Assembly (NCBI RefSeq): GCF_964204645.1
Contig: NC_134028.1
Span: 5,890,001-5,954,000, forward strand
DNA from: Tubulanus polymorphus
Taxonomy: Eukaryota; Animalia; Nemertea
DNA: 64,000 bases
Direction: 5' to 3'
The notes under the pieces were generated by a model, which worked only from the letters and a program-made list of their open reading frames with translations, did no database searches and was not told where the DNA came from. Shown here piece after piece: positions 27,296 through 41,988 of this stretch (position 1 is its first letter; each line of letters begins with the position of its first letter). Both the position numbers and the translations under genes were made by a program.

Positions 27296-28251
27296 GGCTC
27301 AAGTATGGTATTGCATAGTATAGTTCCTTCGCGAATGCTTACTGCGTTGTTCGGTTTATGTGTATCCCAAAGAGAGTTGTCATGTCGACACATTCACATC
27401 GCCAGCCATTAACATTCCATGTGTCAACGTGTCGACGTATCTACCAACCAACAAATTAACTATTAACGATCTATTAACCTCATACACCAAACACACCACG
27501 TGACCAAACACACGATAAACCCCATACTTAAAATACAGATTGCATTTCTATTTTTCTTTAGTCAATTCCAGTTCTCTGATATTAGTTTCAACACGGTTAA
27601 GCATTCAAATTCACAGGAGATTCAATATTTATTTTCATCACTGTCATCGTGAAATGCGCCTCCCAAAAAACAAACGTGGGGACGGTGAAATATGGCATTG
27701 TTCACATTGCTACAGAACGACGTCGATACGTACCGGCTCTAATAAAAAATGAAACTTTCGCAGCTGATGCTTATAGTTTACTGTTTCGGTTTAGATTTAC
27801 TTCTCTTGTTTGTTTGTGTTTTATGGTCACCCGTCAACCAGTCAACCCGCGATGCTTGTACATACATTGGCGACAACATTGCGACGTGTCGTCCGTCGAC
27901 CGTCAACCAGCGGATGATATAGGTCTATGCACTCTTTTGTCTTTCATTTTGTCACCACGATCCTTGTACATAAATTGGCGACAACATTGCATCGTGTCAT
28001 CCGTCGACCGTCAACCAGCGGGTGAGATATGCACTCTATCATCTCGTCAATGGGCCAACCAACAAACAACCAACAGTAGTCAACTGTCACTAGTCGTCGG
28101 TCAACCTGTACATGAACTGTTCCTTTGCCGCGCATTAATACCCAATTATCAATGTATTCATGCGTCAATGTATTAATGCGCTGATACATTAACCGCACAA
28201 CTTATTAACTCTACGCCAAGGCACTATACTATGCTATATCCGACTTGGGCC
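27296..28251. mobile_element. Non-autonomous DNA transposon (956 bp) with 8-bp TSD and GG termini (Merlin-like by TSD and termini only)
   Basis: TSD CAGCATTG at 27288-27295 and 28252-28259; imperfect ~35-bp TIR ggctcaagtatggtattgcatagtatagttcctt / aaggcactatactatgctatatccgacttgggcc; internal ~80-bp direct repeat at about 27855 and 27965. Confidence 0.8.
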
Positions 28252-28429
28252 CAGCATTGATTCCAAACCGCACACAACGAAAAGAAAATTGTCACTTCAG
28301 CTTTTACGATTCTTCGCTGTTACTTATTCGTTCAAAACTAATATGATGCAAAAGCAAAGTAATGACCAAAAACACTATATTATGGTGGCTGATAAGGGCC
28401 ATAGCGTAAAATTCCTGGTATGTAAATGA

Positions 28430-28745
28430 GGGCGCCAGAACGCCAGAACGCCAAAACGAAAAAAAACGTCCAATTTTCTCTAAAAGTTCGTTTTGGCGCG
28501 CCAAAACAAAGAAAATTCCGTTTTGGCGCCCCCGCCAAAACAACGAAAAATGTCGAAATTTCTCTAAAAGTTCGTTTTGGCGCGCCAAAACGGGGAATAT
28601 TTCGTTTTGGCGCCCCCGCCAAAACGAACTTTCATTTTGGCGCCCCCGCCAAAACAACGAAAAACGTCGAAATTTCTCTAACAGTTCGTTTTGGCGCGCC
28701 AAAACGGATTATTCTCCGATATAGTTCGTTTTGGCGGGGGCGTCC
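28430..28745. repeat. Minisatellite of palindromic units (ttcgttttggcgc[gc/cccc]gccaaaac), probably inside a small TE
   Basis: About seven copies of gttttggcg(c)...gccaaaac separated by recurring A-rich linkers; weak inverted ends at about 28394 and 28836. Confidence 0.75.
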
Positions 28746-29794
28746 TGGGGACATAATATTCTTTTTTTTCATTTTTTGCCGATTGAAAAATTATGAAATC
28801 GAAAATGAAATTGTTTTTTTTTTACCGGAGGCCCTTTAATTCCGACTTTATTCACGGTAATATCATTTTTTTATTTAATTCTATCCTTTTTCTACCGGCC
28901 TTGTGGTAGTGGGAATGATAAAGTTGACAGCTTCGATTGTATGTACAAATACAGATACGTTGAAGTTAGGCGTTTTCCCAATGATGCTTGGAAATCGATA
29001 ACTTGAAAACCGATAACGCTCTTGCGGCGCTGTCACATGTGAGAGTGCTTGGGTTCGGGTCGTCTATCGGGTCGGCTGGGTGTGTAACGGTACTTCAAAA
29101 TGAAATAGATTTATTTGACACGGCTTTCAATGTAACAGGGCAGTCGGAACAGGGGCCCCACTATTTTGCTTAACAAATTTTTTTTCAAAAGCACGCTGTA
29201 CCGCGTAGCAGCTCGTCGTTCTCTGTACTAGGTGGTTGCTCACGACTTCTCATGCTTCTGTGAATGAGACCGTGAAATGGCCCCAAAACGCATCTTCGGC
29301 GATTGAATTTTCAAAACTTTTCTAGGGGATCCCCTTCAGAAATAAGCCTCGCCACTGAAAAATTCCTTCCGACGGCTCTGATATAATCTCGATTAAATTG
29401 AGGAAATTCCATCGACTAGGCTTAAAGCATCCCTTTAAATCGGAGAGTGTTTTTACAGTCTCGTCATCTTTCAGTAGATTGTCGCACATTTTGTATAGAC
29501 CTGCAATGACATTATTTCGACGAAATGGGGAGATTCCAAATATCAAACAGTTCCAAAATATCAAAGATATCCTGTATTCCCTTGGAATGATATATTGGAC
29601 AATCAATCCCAGTCCAAAGCAACATCCAAACAACGGTTATATTACTACTGCCTCAATCATGGTCTAGCTCGCTCCATACGCGATTCTCTTAAAGGTTCGA
29701 ACTTATTCAAAATCAGAATTACACCTAGTCTCTGATATTTCAGATAACCTCATCATTAATCTGACTAAATCCCATACTGGAAATCACTACGTTG

Positions 29795-30762
29795 TCTCAG
29801 CATTGTCTGGTCTGGCCTCGGTTTGTCTATATGGAAATGGTACTTTCATCGTGAAGCAGTCAAAAACAATTTACTCTAAGGGATTGCGTAATTCATAAGG
29901 CAACTTGATATCCGTTATAGGACCAGTAAACTCTATTTTACGATCTCTGAGAAAGGCTGACTTTATTTTGACTCTTCGATACCAGTTTTTTTTACCAGGA
30001 TTTTTTTCTACGCTTACAGATTCTTTCATTCGAAATATTTCTACGGGTAAATCTTAAAAAACAGAAACGGTAAAAAAATACGTTATATGATATGAGGCAA
30101 TTTATTGCCAATTTATTCAATAGGTATTATAAAGGTAAGAAATATTACTCAAATATATTGTTATTGTGATCAAAATAGATCTTTTTTTTATTTTTGAGAA
30201 CCACTGAAGCTAATTGCGCAGTCGTGAACTAAAAAGAAATGTTGCTGAAAATATGATGATATTCAGATCTCGGTTGCTGCGATTAAATTTCCCGGCACAC
30301 GAGCAGAGCGTGCATGGCCTTTCTTTCCATTCGTCAGCCGACTCGTTGCGACGCAGTTATCGGCGATCGCGTCGCAACGACCCATCGACCTATACGCGCC
30401 CTTGCAACTGCCAGCGGCACCAGTCGTAATGAATCGCACCTCTGCGATATGATACCACCGTTTCTCCCGGTCGCAACCGACCGACGTACTCTTGCGGCGC
30501 AGATAGAAAGTAGTTGCTCACCGTCGCTGACAAGTCACAGTTGCATCGCAAGTAGTCGCAAGGCCGGCCAACGCCCGGTATTAGTGTCGCTTTATGGCCA
30601 GCCAGATTGATAGCGCATTTTTTTCTGCAGATCTTTTCACAGTTGACACCATCGATACCATCAACCGGTCGTCTGGACGGCGTTAGCGTTACATCCCGTC
30701 GAACTGTTGATCGCTCGGTAGATCCTCATATTACCGATGTTTCTTGTTAAAATACATGTCGG
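29795..30762 (+). pseudogene. Pseudogene fragment of desaturase copy A (end of exon 3, exons 4 and 5)
   Basis: Closely matches 17097-18064 but has TGG>TGA stops (ggctga, agttgacac), a TAA and frameshifting deletions; the 5' and 3' exons are absent. Confidence 0.88.
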
Positions 30763-30909
30763 TAACGTATGGAACAACGGTCGATTTGTTTTTCCCGACG
30801 CACCCAACCACACTCTGTCATCATTTAATCGTTAACAAGACGCCCAGTCATGAATGGATTACAATGCATCGTCGACGTGTTAGTTTGCCCTAACCATTTG
30901 CACTTACCT

Positions 30910-33444
<2,535 letters not shown>

Positions 33445-34348
33445 AATTCTTCCTTTCTGATTTCAGCACTGGTCTATTGTGGCAATTCGTAGATCGTTTC
33501 GTCTGTTATCAATTCATTCGAATGGATGAGAAACATCTCGCGTCATGAACGCGCGTTTCCAAATGTCGTTGTGCGTGTTATCCAACGCGAGTGACTCTAG
33601 CTGTTCGGCGGCCATTCATTTTTAGTTATGGCACCTCAAATTTGGAACTCTACCACCTGAAGTTTAATTATGTACAGCGCCGTTGAACATTGTTTTACAG
33701 TGGAAAGGGCGCTATACAAATTGGACTTTTAGTTTTATCATTAGTATCATTATTATAATCATTATTAAGTAGGGATGATGAAGAATAATTTGAACAGTAG
33801 AAGGAACAGAACTTATAAGTGAGACCGGATTATCGGTTTCAATGACACTAACAGAAGCGTGATTTTCACCTGAAAGTATGACGTTATTTCCGATTACGAA
33901 TTACACGATAAATCATTTTGCATCGTAAATTTTCATTTGCTGCACCTTTACAAATCAATTTTGTATGGTCCGTGTTTCATGGATTGATGAAAATTCATGA
34001 TGTTCGACAACAAACTATTTTTGTAACTGAAAAAAACCCTCATTATCATAATAGCTTATAAATGTCGACCGACTGATTTTATGGGCAGTTCGTTTTCGAT
34101 AGAATGCGGACCTTTTTGAAAGCCAGATAATGCCTATTGGGTTGTGATACGCTGGCAATTTTTGGCCTCCTGTGATGTTCAAGCCCACCAGTCCTAAACG
34201 TTACTGTAGGCCTATAATACTGGGAGTACGTACGACAAGCCTAATATTTTATTCAATTTTTGAAATTTCAAAAGTGGTGTCGTAGTTTCGGTTCATATTT
34301 CATGTATCATATATTCAAAAAATGTAACATTGTAATGAAATAATAATA

Positions 34349-34679
34349 GGGAAGTTTCCAGTTTCCAGTCACCATGAAAAAGTTACAGCCAATGACACAA
34401 AATTATCATTTTTTGAGGCGCCTTCCTAAAAGTTTCGTATCTTTTTTAAACTGTAACTGTGTTTGATTGTTTGTTGCAGCCGAGAAATATGAAATAAACA
34501 CCATCAGAAAATAAAAATTGTCACCTTTCTAATGATTCATAATTTCAAATTTTGTATCAAAAGAGGGATGGACGACAATTAATCGCGCTAGAGGTTTTAG
34601 ATTAAAAATGTTAAAATCTGTCGAACAATGCGGCCCGCGGGACCGCCTCAAAATGGCGCCTGGAAACTGGAAACTTCCC
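34349..34679. mobile_element. MITE (331 bp) with TA flanks
   Basis: TIR gggaagtttccagtttccag / ctggaaactggaaacttccc; TA on both sides; absent from the paralogous site at about 22600-22615. Confidence 0.82.
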
Positions 34680-36066
34680 TATTACAGATGTCTCAGAATC
34701 ACTCGTCATTTTGGCCGCCCATGGATTGTTGATAATTTCCGGCTATGTATTCAGGCTTCCGGGGAAACTGCCAACTTACAATTTTCTTGTCTTTAAATGA
34801 GTTGTTTATACACATGTACTTAAAACATAGACTTTGCTCTCAGTCGCAAACAACGACAGTAAAACCTTATCTTAGAATCGCGTGTTTTACCCTTATGAAA
34901 TATCGTACGATTTTATCTCACCACACGGCTTACTTCTGTGTATCTGCGTAATCATTTATGATTGTGTCCAAAAACTCGGGACCGACCGATAATTAAAAAA
35001 TCTTAAATCTTGACAGATTACGCCTCTGTTACACCGGTATAGGGTTGATTTTGAGAATTGCCCTAATAAGCTCATTGGAATCTCTCCGATGCTATTTCAA
35101 CATGTGTAGTTGTACTCTATCAATAATGCCTTTCACATACGTTTCACATGGTATATTCTATGATCAGTAATCAATTTTTGAACACATACAAATAAATAAC
35201 TGGAACAATATTTTTTGTTACCTTTACATCTCACTGATACGGAAAAGCATTGTGGCCACGTGATTTTCGAAATTTCGAAAGTTGCGCTGAATAACTCGCT
35301 CGACGTGTGCCCCGTAAATTTCAGCAGGTGTTAATAAGTCGAAATTTCGGCTTGCTAAGCCAAATATTTTACAACGGGTATCATGATTCATGATTGAAAA
35401 ACCGCTGTGTAGCCTTCAGGAAAAACATCATCATCAAAAATAATTGGTCCACCTGCAACGTGCGTATAAAAAAAACTAACCGAACCAAGGACAACGGTAA
35501 TTCTACTGCGTAACCAGAGTCAGATCCTTCCATTGGCATTAATCACAAAAAAAGGTTTATTGACTGTATGTGCTTATTCGAAGAATAATCCTCCGATAAG
35601 AATAATGCTGATAAAACTAAACACACTTACTTCATTTTCTTTATTCTTTGAATATCAACACAAGTCTGGATTTAAATACAAGATACGTTGGTGGTGATCT
35701 TTGAATCAGCCACCTGAGAAACATGACATTTTAATTTCAAAAAGTTTTCGTTAACATTTCATTACGTCATGGCCAAGTTCAAGGGACTATTTTTGTCCGA
35801 ACTTTGGCATCGGTGTCAATGTTCAAGAAACAATACAACATCATAATCAATCTAGAATTGTCCCACATGGAGACGTTCATTTTAATGATTCCACACGCGT
35901 TCACTGTTCTGACACTCAATCATTGAATTGGCTACGTAACATAGCTTAAACTTATCATAAGAGTCAAAACAGCCATTAGCGCGTCATCGTGGATCGAACG
36001 GAACTGCTAATGGCGGTTAAGGAGTTGGAATTAGCATCGCGTGCAGAATTGACATATACGTGTACT

Positions 36067-39000
36067 CTAATTTATTTTCTTCGGTTTCCCTGATTTGTTA
36101 TGATTTGCAGCTTCTAACGGGGCTCCTTTACAGCCGAACACGTCCTCTCCGTACTTTCGATTCTCTCGAACAAGTGTACCATGTAGCCAGTCGAATAGCT
36201 TCGAATTGAAACCGATATTACAATGGAAATACCTGAAAGTAAAATCCAATTAAATCTAGTTACTATGATATTCTGAAGGTCCAGATATATCGACTTTTTA
36301 CATTGTCCTTCGTCACTAGATCTAGATTCGTTTTAGGTTTCTAATTTCAAGGTTTCGCCCAATTTCCACGAGAGAAAGGGTCCCACTATGTTTAATTCAT
36401 ACCAATCAAAAAGTATGCGCATTTACGAATGCCAGATTACGAACGCTAAGCATGCATGCAAAACGATGATTGATCCACATTAATGGATATCAGACATTGA
36501 TATTGTTTTGATTTATGGGATAAAGTTCATGTTACCATATCGTGAACCGCCCCTTCAAGTCCAGATGCCAAGAATTGAACTGTTATATATAACATACTAG
36601 TACATAGTTGACCCAAAATAGTATCAATCACCGACGCATCAAGGCCGACAAATAGTGGTCACATTTCTGACCTTACGTATATTATATATTCAATACCACG
36701 CGTCTCAAAGGTTTCAAATTACGTTCAAATCCAAAGCGTTCGGTGATAAAGAAAGAAGATCGAAGAAATTACATTAAATGTCAGAAACGTTTCATCTAGC
36801 TCTATATGAAAATCTGTTATCGGCTCAGCTGCCGAAAACGTAGATTTACTGCTTTTGATGAATCTTACTTGTGGTGATCGTCGTGGAATTTAGATGACGG
36901 TTGCCACGGCCATATTGCGTCCATCGTTATACCAGAGTGATCGATCATTCCGTAGTAATAACTGTACACCAGATTACCGATAAATATCCCTGAAATGTAT
37001 AGTTGATATTACGTACAAGAAAACTTAATGGTGCATGGAAAAATGTCATGATATCAAAGCTTTCCACATTATATGTAAAAAATCATCTATTCAATTGCTT
37101 TGTAAAATACTGCAATATTACCGGCGTGTATTGGTATCACGAATACGGGCAGCAGAAGGGCTGCTTGAAGAGTTAACAGTTCAATAGGATGCATTGCCGT
37201 TGCCGTCCAAATAATCGGCTGGTGGTAGCGATGGTGAACCTTATGGATACGTCTGAAAAAAAGAAATTCAAGATATGATGAATCAAGAATTCTGATAATT
37301 CACAAATATTGCCATGTTAATATTCGCTTATCATATTTAGTTTAATAATCGACCTTTGAATGGTCTTTTTGACACTTAAGCCTTGAATTCATTATTTCAT
37401 TTTCTAGTATAATGGAACCTTCCCGCTTAATCCATTTCAACGACTAACTTGTAAAATGGCGGCCAATGAAACAGCCTGTGAAAATAATATGACATCCCAT
37501 CACAGGCTAAGAAGAATATCGGTATTGACATCAGAAAATATGGCCAACCCATGTCCGATATGGAATAATATATCTTGCTTGGACCTGAAATAGAAATGGA
37601 AAATAGAAAAGTAAAGTTAATTGACATATGTAGACTTGAAATATTCGTCTAAGATCGGTTGGGTTGGATGAATCATTATTAGAATTTTCATATATTCGGT
37701 TAAGCGTTGAGATAAGAGCATTTTCAACACGAAAATCGATAAGATCTACTTAGTCTTAGAACTAGAACAACTCTCATTTCTAAACAACCAGAGCAAAGGA
37801 GATAAACGTAAAAAAGCCATTCACCATTGTTACTGACGTAAGAAGAAACCAGGCCCGATACAGTTGAACCAATTAACATATTCACCGAACCGAGCGTGAA
37901 CGCGTGTCGTGTATTTTCAGGAGTCAAAAAGCGATCCGGTTGACATTTCCAATTCTCAGCCTAAAAAATCAGACGAACCTCAAACAGTTTGAGGTCATGA
38001 TATAATCAAAATATATGCTTAGAACAATTTTGTTCGACTTGATATATGAAATTCTACAGAAAAAGAAGTGTCTATATTTTTTGGTTAAGTGACTGTGAGG
38101 GGTTAACTGAACTGATTCATATACGAAGTGACTAGGGCTTTAAACGATATGAATGTCAAAGTCCTAGAATAAGTTAATTCGGTTGGTAAATCCAATGAAT
38201 TAATCAAGTAATTAAATCACGAAACGTCAGCAGAGGTAAACTGCATGTTTGTGATTTGAAAACTTTATCAATTAATTTCAAGGTCGTTCTTGGGTGACCG
38301 GAATTAATTTCAAGGTCGTTCTTGGGTGACCGGAAGGGTGACAATATAACTACCTGATCCCGGTTTCTAACATAATAATGATAGTACAAAGCTCCTCCGA
38401 ATATCCAGAATGTGCCGAACGACGACAGATACGCCATCATTAGATAATAAGGCAAATCTTTTAGATAACATCTTTCTAATATCGCCTGCAATGACTGACT
38501 GGCTTCATCGGAACTAGAAATGCTTTTGTTTCCCGGCGGTAAAAACTGACTACTGATATTATCCGGTAGTTGCTTGATAACTCCAACGATGACGAGTAAC
38601 CAGTCACCTGAAAAGATTTCGTTTAAGACTTAATGGAAATGAAAATGGAGTCGTTTTCAATCTTTTATTCTAAGGTCATATACGTATATTGTGTACGTAC
38701 GTATATTCTACGTAAATGCATCACTTTCTAAAATTCTTTAAATAAATTTCCTTATATAATTCTCAATATTGGATCCCGCTAACTTTATATGAAATGGTAT
38801 TGATTCTCAAATTTTGAATATGTATATGCATACAACTATATTTTGATGAATCAGAATCTAAGAAACGCATGTTGGATCACAATATAAAATCCTTAAGGAA
38901 TTATTTTTCAAAGCCCTGAGGCGATTGCTTATTCTCAAAGGAAAATATTGGAGCAGATCGTTCAAAAAAGAAAAAAAAGATGAAAATGATTGACGTATAA

Positions 39001-39105
39001 AATCGTATCAAACCTACCCCGCATCGATATACCAACAACAAATGTCAAAACTGACAATGTTGCAATGCCCAATCTTTCGTTCAGTGAAGACCGTGCCATC
39101 GCCAT
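36067..39105 (-). CDS. Fatty acid hydroxylase / sterol desaturase family protein, copy B; exons 39105-39018, 38607-38354, 37960-37825, 37584-37449, 37252-37122, 36989-36869, 36232-36067
   Basis: His boxes HRLFH, HKVHH and HDDHH; WKCQP; NIGFNSKLFDWLHGTL; intron positions match copy A. Confidence 0.9.
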
Positions 39106-40042
39106 GTATCCAACGTTCTCAGTTACAAACTCATTAATACTAAATTTAAGATATCTCGATGTAAACGGCTTTGATGATGCCCTTTGATCAGTGAGTGAGA
39201 GGGTTTTGTGTAGTCCGTCGCGATAGGTACGATTCTTTTTCACAATGCCAGGACGCCGGGTTCAGTGCTGCGTAAGTGCGTGTGCACTAGGCACCGTGTT
39301 ATGGAAAATCGATAAAGTACTGAAATAGAGATATCGAATGATGGGGTGATATTCCTGTAATTCTACGGAACCCGAGAATGAAAACTTTCGGAAATCATTT
39401 CTGGATTAGGTTCTACGCGTCACGTTGGCGGTCTTTTCGCAACAATTTATTTTCATACAGTTAATAAGATTATTTATCTGAAAACAATTCGCTCGATTTA
39501 TGTTATATTGCTGTTAAGTGGCAAGATTACCAACTGTTTCGCTCCCGGCAGGTGTTGTAGCTTTGTAAGGAACACCAAATAAAAAAATCGAACGAAATAT
39601 GCTAATCAAATAAATAACAGGGTCAATCCCTATTTCACGATAAAAAGAGATTGGTGTTGGATGATTAGAATCGTACTTATTAGCAGGTTTCAATCGAACG
39701 TATTCCGATCGAGCTATTACAAACTCTCTACCGGCCTTCTATCAGGTTACAGATACTATCCCAGAATGAGAAGAGCGTATTCTGGTCGAAATGAACGCGC
39801 AGAAGAGAATTCCTAAATCTGTAGAAACTAATCGAAACCTGCCTGAAAGTTGGTAAGAAAGTTATTTCATTAAAATCATTTTTATCTTATAAAAATTTCC
39901 AAATACATATGCCCGAAATCATTAGCAACAAAAATTCTGCACCAAAAACCTTGACGACAAGTCGCGTGGTAACTAGTAAATAGTTACCAGACTCGACGTG
40001 ATTTTTTCTGGCAATATTTCCTAACATAATTAGGGTAGAATT

Positions 40043-40669
40043 ATGGAAATCGAGGCGAATGATGTTTATTTTGACGCCGTCAGTGAGTCTGCATTATCCT
40101 CCGACGATGATGAATACTATGATGCGATGGCAAATGTTGCAGACGCATTACCCGAGACACGTGATGAGGATGAGAAAGGCGTATCTGAACCAGTACCGAA
40201 TCCCGAGGAATGTGACGAAATAGAAGAAAAGAATGCGGGTTGTTGTTCTTTTCTCCGTCCAGTAATCAAACGAGTTAGAAAATTCTTCCGCAATGCTAAG
40301 ATGGACCGGCTGATAAAACGGCGACGTCGCCGCGGGAAAAAAGACCTATGCGATGAAGAAATTGTAAGGTTACATACTCCAGCTGATGTTGGACCCATCA
40401 AACTAGTTTTCAAGCCAAAAGACAAGCCGCTTAAGAGCATATTGAGCAAACATTCTCACAGCTCGTCATCAGATTCAATCAGCAACAGACGAGTCTCTTT
40501 CGGGCACATCGAAATTCGAAAATTCGACGACAACGCGCATAAACAATGGATGCTGGAAAATGGCCATTTAGCAGGATACAATAAATTATTGAAGAAAGTG
40601 ATTGAGTTCGACAACATGACCATTGTGCAATGGGAAGACAGGAGTTTGGGGGAAGTAGTGAAAGAATAA
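40043..40669 (+). CDS. Intronless orphan protein A (208 aa) with two FFAT-like motifs, Cys-Cys + basic segment, SILK-like and RVxF motifs
   Basis: Open ORF conserved with its tandem paralogue (only in-frame indels before the C-terminal tail); AATAAA at about 40745. Confidence 0.8.
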   Translation: MEIEANDVYFDAVSESALSSDDDEYYDAMANVADALPETRDEDEKGVSEPVPNPEECDEIEEKNAGCCSFLRPVIKRVRKFFRNAKMDRLIKRRRRRGKKDLCDEEIVRLHTPADVGPIKLVFKPKDKPLKSILSKHSHSSSSDSISNRRVSFGHIEIRKFDDNAHKQWMLENGHLAGYNKLLKKVIEFDNMTIVQWEDRSLGEVVKE

Positions 40670-41011
40670 AGGTCCACTTTGAATCGTCTGACGGTCGTCA
40701 CTACTGCTGCTATTCGGTTTTCATTCCGTCGAATCATTTCACGAATAAAACATATACATTTCAGTAAAATGTTTACTTTTTTCCTTAAATTATTTGTAAA
40801 TGGTTGAATAATGCGCGATGGAAATTTGAACATCATATCACACAGTGATTATCGTGAAGAGCTAGTCTCTTCTTCCACGTTATAAACCTTGACGACCAAA
40901 AAGGAGTCGCGTGGAAACCATTGACTAGTTACGCGCTAAGACACATATCTATATGTGATTCTGGCCATTTTTGACAGAATTTGACATTCTTCTAACATAA
41001 TTAGCGTAATT

Positions 41012-41671
41012 ATGGAAATCGAAGCGAATGATGTATATTTTGACGCAGTCAGTGAGCCTGCATTATCCTCCGACGATGACGAATACTATGACGCGATGGC
41101 AAATGTCGCAGACGCATTACCCGAGATTTGTGATGAAGATGAGCAAGGCGTATCTGAACCAGTACCGAAGCCCGAGGAAGGTGATGAAAAAGAAGAAAAG
41201 AATGCGGGTTGTTGTTCTTTTCTCCGTCCAGTAATCAAACGAGTTAGAAAATTCTTCCGCAATGCCAAGATGGATCGGCTGATAAAACGGCGACGTCGCC
41301 GCGGGAAGAAAGACCGATCCGATGAAGAAGTTATAAGACAACTGCCTCCTAACGATATGGAGCCCGTTGAAAACGTTGTGAAACCAGCCGAAAAGCCACT
41401 TAAGAGCATATTGAGCAAACATTCTCACAGCTCGTCATCAGACTCAATCAGCAGCAACAGACGTGTCTCATTCGGACACATTGAAATTCGAAAATTCAAA
41501 GACACCGCGCATAGACAATGTATGCTGGATAATGGCTATCTACCAGGATACAATAAATTATTGAAGAAAGTGATCGAGTTTGACAACATGACCATTGTGC
41601 AGTGGGAAGACAGAAAAACTGGGAAAATAGTGAAGAAAACAGAAAGTGGTCCACTTTTATTTGAAGTCTGA
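41012..41671 (+). CDS. Intronless orphan protein B (219 aa), tandem paralogue of 40043-40669
   Basis: Highly similar sequence with all motifs preserved; shared upstream motif aaaccttgacgac...gtcgcgtgg; AATAAA at about 41732. Confidence 0.8.
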   Translation: MEIEANDVYFDAVSEPALSSDDDEYYDAMANVADALPEICDEDEQGVSEPVPKPEEGDEKEEKNAGCCSFLRPVIKRVRKFFRNAKMDRLIKRRRRRGKKDRSDEEVIRQLPPNDMEPVENVVKPAEKPLKSILSKHSHSSSSDSISSNRRVSFGHIEIRKFKDTAHRQCMLDNGYLPGYNKLLKKVIEFDNMTIVQWEDRKTGKIVKKTESGPLLFEV

Positions 41672-41988
41672 CGGTCGTCACTACGGCGAGAATCGGTTTA
41701 TCACTCCATGGTTGAACGAAATTATTTCAAGAATAAAGCATACACATATATTTTCTTTTCAAAAACGAAATTTGTTCCCTATTCTATAAATTCTTGGTAT
41801 TTTTTCAATCGATTATCAAGAGCATACAAAAGGCTATAAATACATACCGATGAAGATACTACCCAATCGCTGACGTGAACACTAAGGCTTTGTATTTCAC
41901 AAGTTGCATGACAAATTTAACTTGTTTTTCACAGTAGTCTCTCATTTTGTACCGTCCTGCATAGACCATAAGCTCTAGACCTAAGTTA

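Noticed and set aside
27649-28198. 175-aa and 84-aa ORFs inside the 956-bp element
   Set aside because: No transposase motifs; they reflect the internal direct repeat.
28304-28839. Regularly spaced palindromic repeats resembling a CRISPR array, and the repetitive ORFs across them
   Set aside because: The linkers recur instead of being unique spacers, there are no cas genes and the context is eukaryotic. The ORFs are by-products of the repeat.
29940-30760. Two TGG>TGA changes in the desaturase copy suggesting recoding or selenocysteine
   Set aside because: The same copy has frameshifts, a TAA and missing exons, so it is an ordinary pseudogene.
38272-38333. 30-bp tandem duplication (similar small duplications at about 4120-4170 and 56210-56380)
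   Set aside because: Ordinary slippage-type repeats in non-coding DNA.
40117-41428. Antisense ORFs conserved in both tandem copies
   Set aside because: Shadows of the plus-strand genes; their conservation follows from the recent duplication.
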